Of a stretch of 10,012 bases of DNA, positions 6,871 to 10,012 are shown one piece after another (position 1 is the first letter of the stretch; each line of letters opens with the position of its first letter). The position numbers and the translations under genes are program-made. The DNA is from Bdellovibrionota bacterium (GTDB lineage Bacteria > Bdellovibrionota_C > UBA2361 > JBGSMV01), in contig JBIKWF010000139.1 in assembly GCA_044356455.1 (NCBI GenBank), positions 1 to 10,012 on the forward strand, in the 5' to 3' direction. Under the pieces are notes generated by a model. That model made no database searches. It was not told the DNA's origin and saw only the letters and a program-made list of their open reading frames with translations.

Positions 6871-7533
6871 ATGGATCCAGCAATACTTCCAACAGTCGGT
6901 TTGTTCCTTTTGGTCATCGGCGTTGTTGCCGTGGCATTTCACCTCGAAAATAAGAGAAAGGCGGCACTTCAGGCTGCTGCTCAACAACTCGGCTTTACTT
7001 ATTCGCTCGGATCTATCCCGCTTAGTGCAGGGCCCGGTTTCGCGCAGGATCTTTCAGCGATGTCTATAAGGCAGCGCGGGAGATCAAATAAGATAGACTT
7101 ATCACTCGTGGGCACCCACCAAGGGCGCGAGACCGCTCTATTTGAGTTGTCGTATGTCACTGGCACCAAGAAGAACCGCTCAACTCACAGGCTCCTGTGT
7201 TGCGCCGTAAAAGTGGGGCGACAGCTGCCAAAGTTTGAACTCCGGCCGGAGGGATTTCTTGATTCGATCGGCGCCATGATCGGCTTTGACGATATAGACG
7301 TAAGCTCTGACCCTGAGTTTTCCAAAAAATTTCATCTATCCGGGCAGAATCCAGGGTTGATAACGCAGATTTTCACTCCAACGGTGAGGCGAAAACTTCT
7401 TGATTTAGAAAAAGTAGAGCTAGCCGCTGCTGGTGAGACCATAGTGGTGTATCGGAAAACTGAAAAACTTGATCCGAAGAATCTATCGAAGACCCTTGAA
7501 AGTTACTCAGCTGTGGCGCGAATTTTTTTATAA
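6871..7533 (+). CDS. Membrane-anchored conserved hypothetical protein (single N-terminal TM helix; DUF3137-like soluble domain, tentative)
   Basis: 220-aa ORF with an ATG start. Hydrophobic segment ILPTVGLFLLVIGVVAVAF followed by basic ENKRK. The segments AAQQLGFTY and LPKFELRPEGFLD...GFDDID...DPEFSKKFHLSG...IFTP resemble a widespread uncharacterised family from memory; the family name is not verified. Confidence 0.8.
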   Translation: MDPAILPTVGLFLLVIGVVAVAFHLENKRKAALQAAAQQLGFTYSLGSIPLSAGPGFAQDLSAMSIRQRGRSNKIDLSLVGTHQGRETALFELSYVTGTKKNRSTHRLLCCAVKVGRQLPKFELRPEGFLDSIGAMIGFDDIDVSSDPEFSKKFHLSGQNPGLITQIFTPTVRRKLLDLEKVELAAAGETIVVYRKTEKLDPKNLSKTLESYSAVARIFL

Positions 7534-7575
7534 GTTTACGCGCTCAGCTTTGGGTATTTCAGCAATTGGTAATCT

Positions 7576-7621
7576 AGGAGCCTCTGAAAAACCTCGTCGG
7601 AGGACTTTTTCAGAGGCTCCT
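7576..7621. repeat. Perfect 16-bp inverted repeat hairpin (possible bidirectional terminator or IS-end-derived palindromic element)
   Basis: AGGAGCCTCTGAAAAA (7576-7591) and TTTTTCAGAGGCTCCT (7606-7621) enclose CCTC-GTCG-GAGG-AC. It lies between convergent genes, 43 nt after the 7533 stop. Confidence 0.8.
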
Positions 7622-8002
7622 TAAGTAATTTTAGCCCCAGTTGTACGGATTGCTGAAAAGGCACCCGTGTTGAATACGGCACTCAAGGACTCCCACAGTT
7701 TCCCAGGGTCGGCCCCACCCGGAGCATTTTGAATAAAGCCCATAGTGATAGGGCGGCGGAGCTTCGCTTTTCCGCTGGCCCGAGGATACCTACTCTTTCC
7801 CGAAGTGGGCCTCAGTGGCAGCAATTTCCCCTTATAAAGGAGATTACCAGCTGTCACTGGCGCCATTCAAAGGCATGGACGCGACTATAGGCTCGATGCA
7901 ATGACAGTAGACCAAACGCCAGTTTGACGAGCAAAGTCTTAACGACGTGAAAAGTTAATATTACGACACAGGAGCGGGTGTATCCCCGGTATAGGGAGTT
8001 AA

Positions 8003-10012
8003 TCACCCACCAGTTGAGTCGGCTAGTTCCGCGACTTCAAACGGATCCTTCGCCTTCGGCGCAACTGCGTCTACAGCCTTCGTTCCTGGCAGCAACTCAA
8101 AAGTTGGAGTGAAGCGAACCATGGAAGAACGAAGCAAGTCGAATCCCTTCCTATCACCTTCAAGCTCCGCTTTGCCTTCCGCCACTAACTGGTCGAAAGT
8201 TGCAGCTCCACCCATGACTCTTTCGAGGTCGGTACGATTAAGTGTAACAGTCAAATCCGGGTTCTTCGCTTGCTGACCTTTGATACTAGTGAGTGCTGAA
8301 TTGCTCAGCTCTACGACGAACTTTTCATCGTTATCAGGTGTCACCAAGTTCACTACGTAACTGACCCCCGCAACTTTCTTGCTGTCCATTCCGATCGCAA
8401 GAGAGTTAAGCCAAAGCTCCGTTGACATGGCGCGAATCATATCCGGGCCACTACTCTTTGGTGCCGCCCCCTTAGGCATTCCGTGTCGCAGTTCATACGC
8501 TGCTGCGAGGAAGCTGTTACGCACGCTAGGGCTCTCCTTTTGATATCCAATCTGTTCAAAGACATCCGCTAATAGTTCCTTAGCGGCAACATTGTTGGGC
8601 TCGGCGTAAACCAACTTATTCAGTATCTCCATCGCCAAGCGGTACTTACCCTCGCTGTGCAACCGTTTGCCTTTCGCGATGATCTTCTGGCTGCCGCCCA
8701 TCATCTCTACATATAGAGGGGCCGAGTCCTGCGGCGAGAGGGGAATTAGAGTAGCGGGATTGGCATCCCAATACCCGAGATACCGATTTATCACAGCGCG
8801 GCTGTTGTGCTCTTCTGAGCCGTGATAGCTGCGAGCAGCCCACTGCTCTTGCAGACTTTTGGGGAGTGTGTAAACGTTATGAATTTCGTTGATGGTTACG
8901 CCCAAGTTAGCCTGGTGTAGCACCTCGTTGTTGAGATACGCATACGCGTCTCGTTGTGTCCGCATTACTTCCTTTATGCGGTCGTTACCGAACCGTGGCC
9001 AGCTATGTGAGGCAAACATGACCTCGGCATCCTGCCCATAACGATAATACGCAGCATTGATGTGCTTAGACCAAGCCAAGGCGTCTCGAACAAGAGCGCC
9101 TCTTAGGGTGTAAATGTTGTGGATCGTCCCGGTAATATTCTCCGCCGCCCAGAATGCTTTTAATTCCGGGAAGTAGGTGTTCATTTCAGCGGGAGCCTCC
9201 GTACCTGGCGTGTTTTGAAACTCCATCTTCACGCCGTCTATCGTAATCTCCTCAAAATCTTTGGTGACTAAGCGACTTGGTTCGATTAGGCCCAGCGTTC
9301 CCGCAGCGGTATTCTTGCCGATCGATTGGTCGACGTGGCCGAAAGGGCTCCGTGGGAGTAACACCCCGTATTGAAAAAACATGCGGCGGTTCATGGCGTT
9401 GCCCGCATAGACATTCTCGGCGACCGCATGTTCCATAAAACCAACCGGAGCGATGACTGGTACCTTGCCGCTCTTTACGTCCGCCTCATCGACTACCCCG
9501 CGCACCCCGCCGAAGTGATCGGCGTGCGAATGCGAATAGACGACAGCCACCACTGGGCGCTTACCAAGCTTCTCGTTAATTAAGTCGAGCGCGGCCTTCG
9601 CGGTTTCCTTCGCGGTGAGTGGATCGAAAACGATCCAGCCGGTATCGCTTTTAACGAAGCTGATGTTAGCAAGGTCGAAGCCGCGCACCTGATAGATCTT
9701 GCCGGGCAAAACCTCATAGAGTCCGTAAGCCATGTTAAGTATGGCCTGCCGCTGCAAAGAGGGATGAATGCTGTCAAAATCCTTGCCTTGAAGTAAATAA
9801 TCGTAACTGCCCATGTCCCAGGCTACGTTGCCTGCCTCAGCCTTAATCTGCTTGTATTCCGGTGCAGCGATAAACCCTTTTTTCGCCTCTTCAAAATCAC
9901 GCCTATCTTCAAAGGGGAGTGATTTTCGAAGGCCATTCTGAAGCTCCAAAGTGAACTTTGATGGCATCTTTCCTTTAGGGTCAAAGTGCTTGCCCTCCAT
10001 CGCTCCTGGGTC
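8003..10012 (-). CDS. sdsA: Alkyl/aryl sulfatase, SdsA1/BDS1/YjcS family (metallo-beta-lactamase fold + dimerisation domain + SCP2-like C-terminal domain); 5' end beyond the right edge
   Basis: HSHADH metal motif (9532-9515), IYQVRGFDLAN, TPGTEAPAEM, HNIYTLRGALVRD, SHSWP, YHGS..HNSRAV...YLGYWDANPATL, and a C-terminal SCP2-like region (PDLTVTLNRTDL...AELEGD). The frame stays open upstream of the ATG at 10000 (DPGA-MEGK), so the true start is probably outside the window. Confidence 0.95.
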   Translation of the reverse strand, partial: DPGAMEGKHFDPKGKMPSKFTLELQNGLRKSLPFEDRRDFEEAKKGFIAAPEYKQIKAEAGNVAWDMGSYDYLLQGKDFDSIHPSLQRQAILNMAYGLYEVLPGKIYQVRGFDLANISFVKSDTGWIVFDPLTAKETAKAALDLINEKLGKRPVVAVVYSHSHADHFGGVRGVVDEADVKSGKVPVIAPVGFMEHAVAENVYAGNAMNRRMFFQYGVLLPRSPFGHVDQSIGKNTAAGTLGLIEPSRLVTKDFEEITIDGVKMEFQNTPGTEAPAEMNTYFPELKAFWAAENITGTIHNIYTLRGALVRDALAWSKHINAAYYRYGQDAEVMFASHSWPRFGNDRIKEVMRTQRDAYAYLNNEVLHQANLGVTINEIHNVYTLPKSLQEQWAARSYHGSEEHNSRAVINRYLGYWDANPATLIPLSPQDSAPLYVEMMGGSQKIIAKGKRLHSEGKYRLAMEILNKLVYAEPNNVAAKELLADVFEQIGYQKESPSVRNSFLAAAYELRHGMPKGAAPKSSGPDMIRAMSTELWLNSLAIGMDSKKVAGVSYVVNLVTPDNDEKFVVELSNSALTSIKGQQAKNPDLTVTLNRTDLERVMGGAATFDQLVAEGKAELEGDRKGFDLLRSSMVRFTPTFELLPGTKAVDAVAPKAKDPFEVAELADSTGG

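Noticed and set aside
7621..7866. 81-aa - strand ORF between the convergent genes
   Set aside because: No SD, no motif, and its stop coincides with the palindrome edge. It could be a gene remnant but cannot be supported without a homology search.
8646..9777. Short ORFs 8646-8843, 9371-9583 and 9580-9777
   Set aside because: Alternate-frame or antisense ORFs within the alkyl sulfatase gene.

Overview
Bacterial accessory-type region of mostly unrelated genes. From left to right: (1) a class I SAM-dependent methyltransferase on the - strand that the ORF track missed; it runs off the left edge and its 5' end looks broken at motif I; (2) a divergent + strand hypothetical reading frame split by one in-frame TAA (333-863 / 867-1130); (3) a 653-aa secreted modular protein (signal peptide, Cys-rich repeat, Pro/Thr linker, uncharacterised catalytic-looking domain); (4) an M9-family microbial collagenase with a ColG/ColH-like HEYTH...E zinc site and an atypical C-terminus; (5) a GNAT acetyltransferase with possible integron-cassette scars; (6) a membrane-anchored hypothetical protein; (7) a convergent SdsA1/BDS1-type alkyl sulfatase that runs off the right edge. 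Intergenic DNA holds a REP-like GGACACCCAC(N)TTTTT motif in three copies, two forming an inverted pair, and a perfect 16-bp inverted repeat. I found no rRNA, tRNA, CRISPR array, transposase or integrase. I cannot support a coherent new multi-gene system; the best leads are listed as separate findings.
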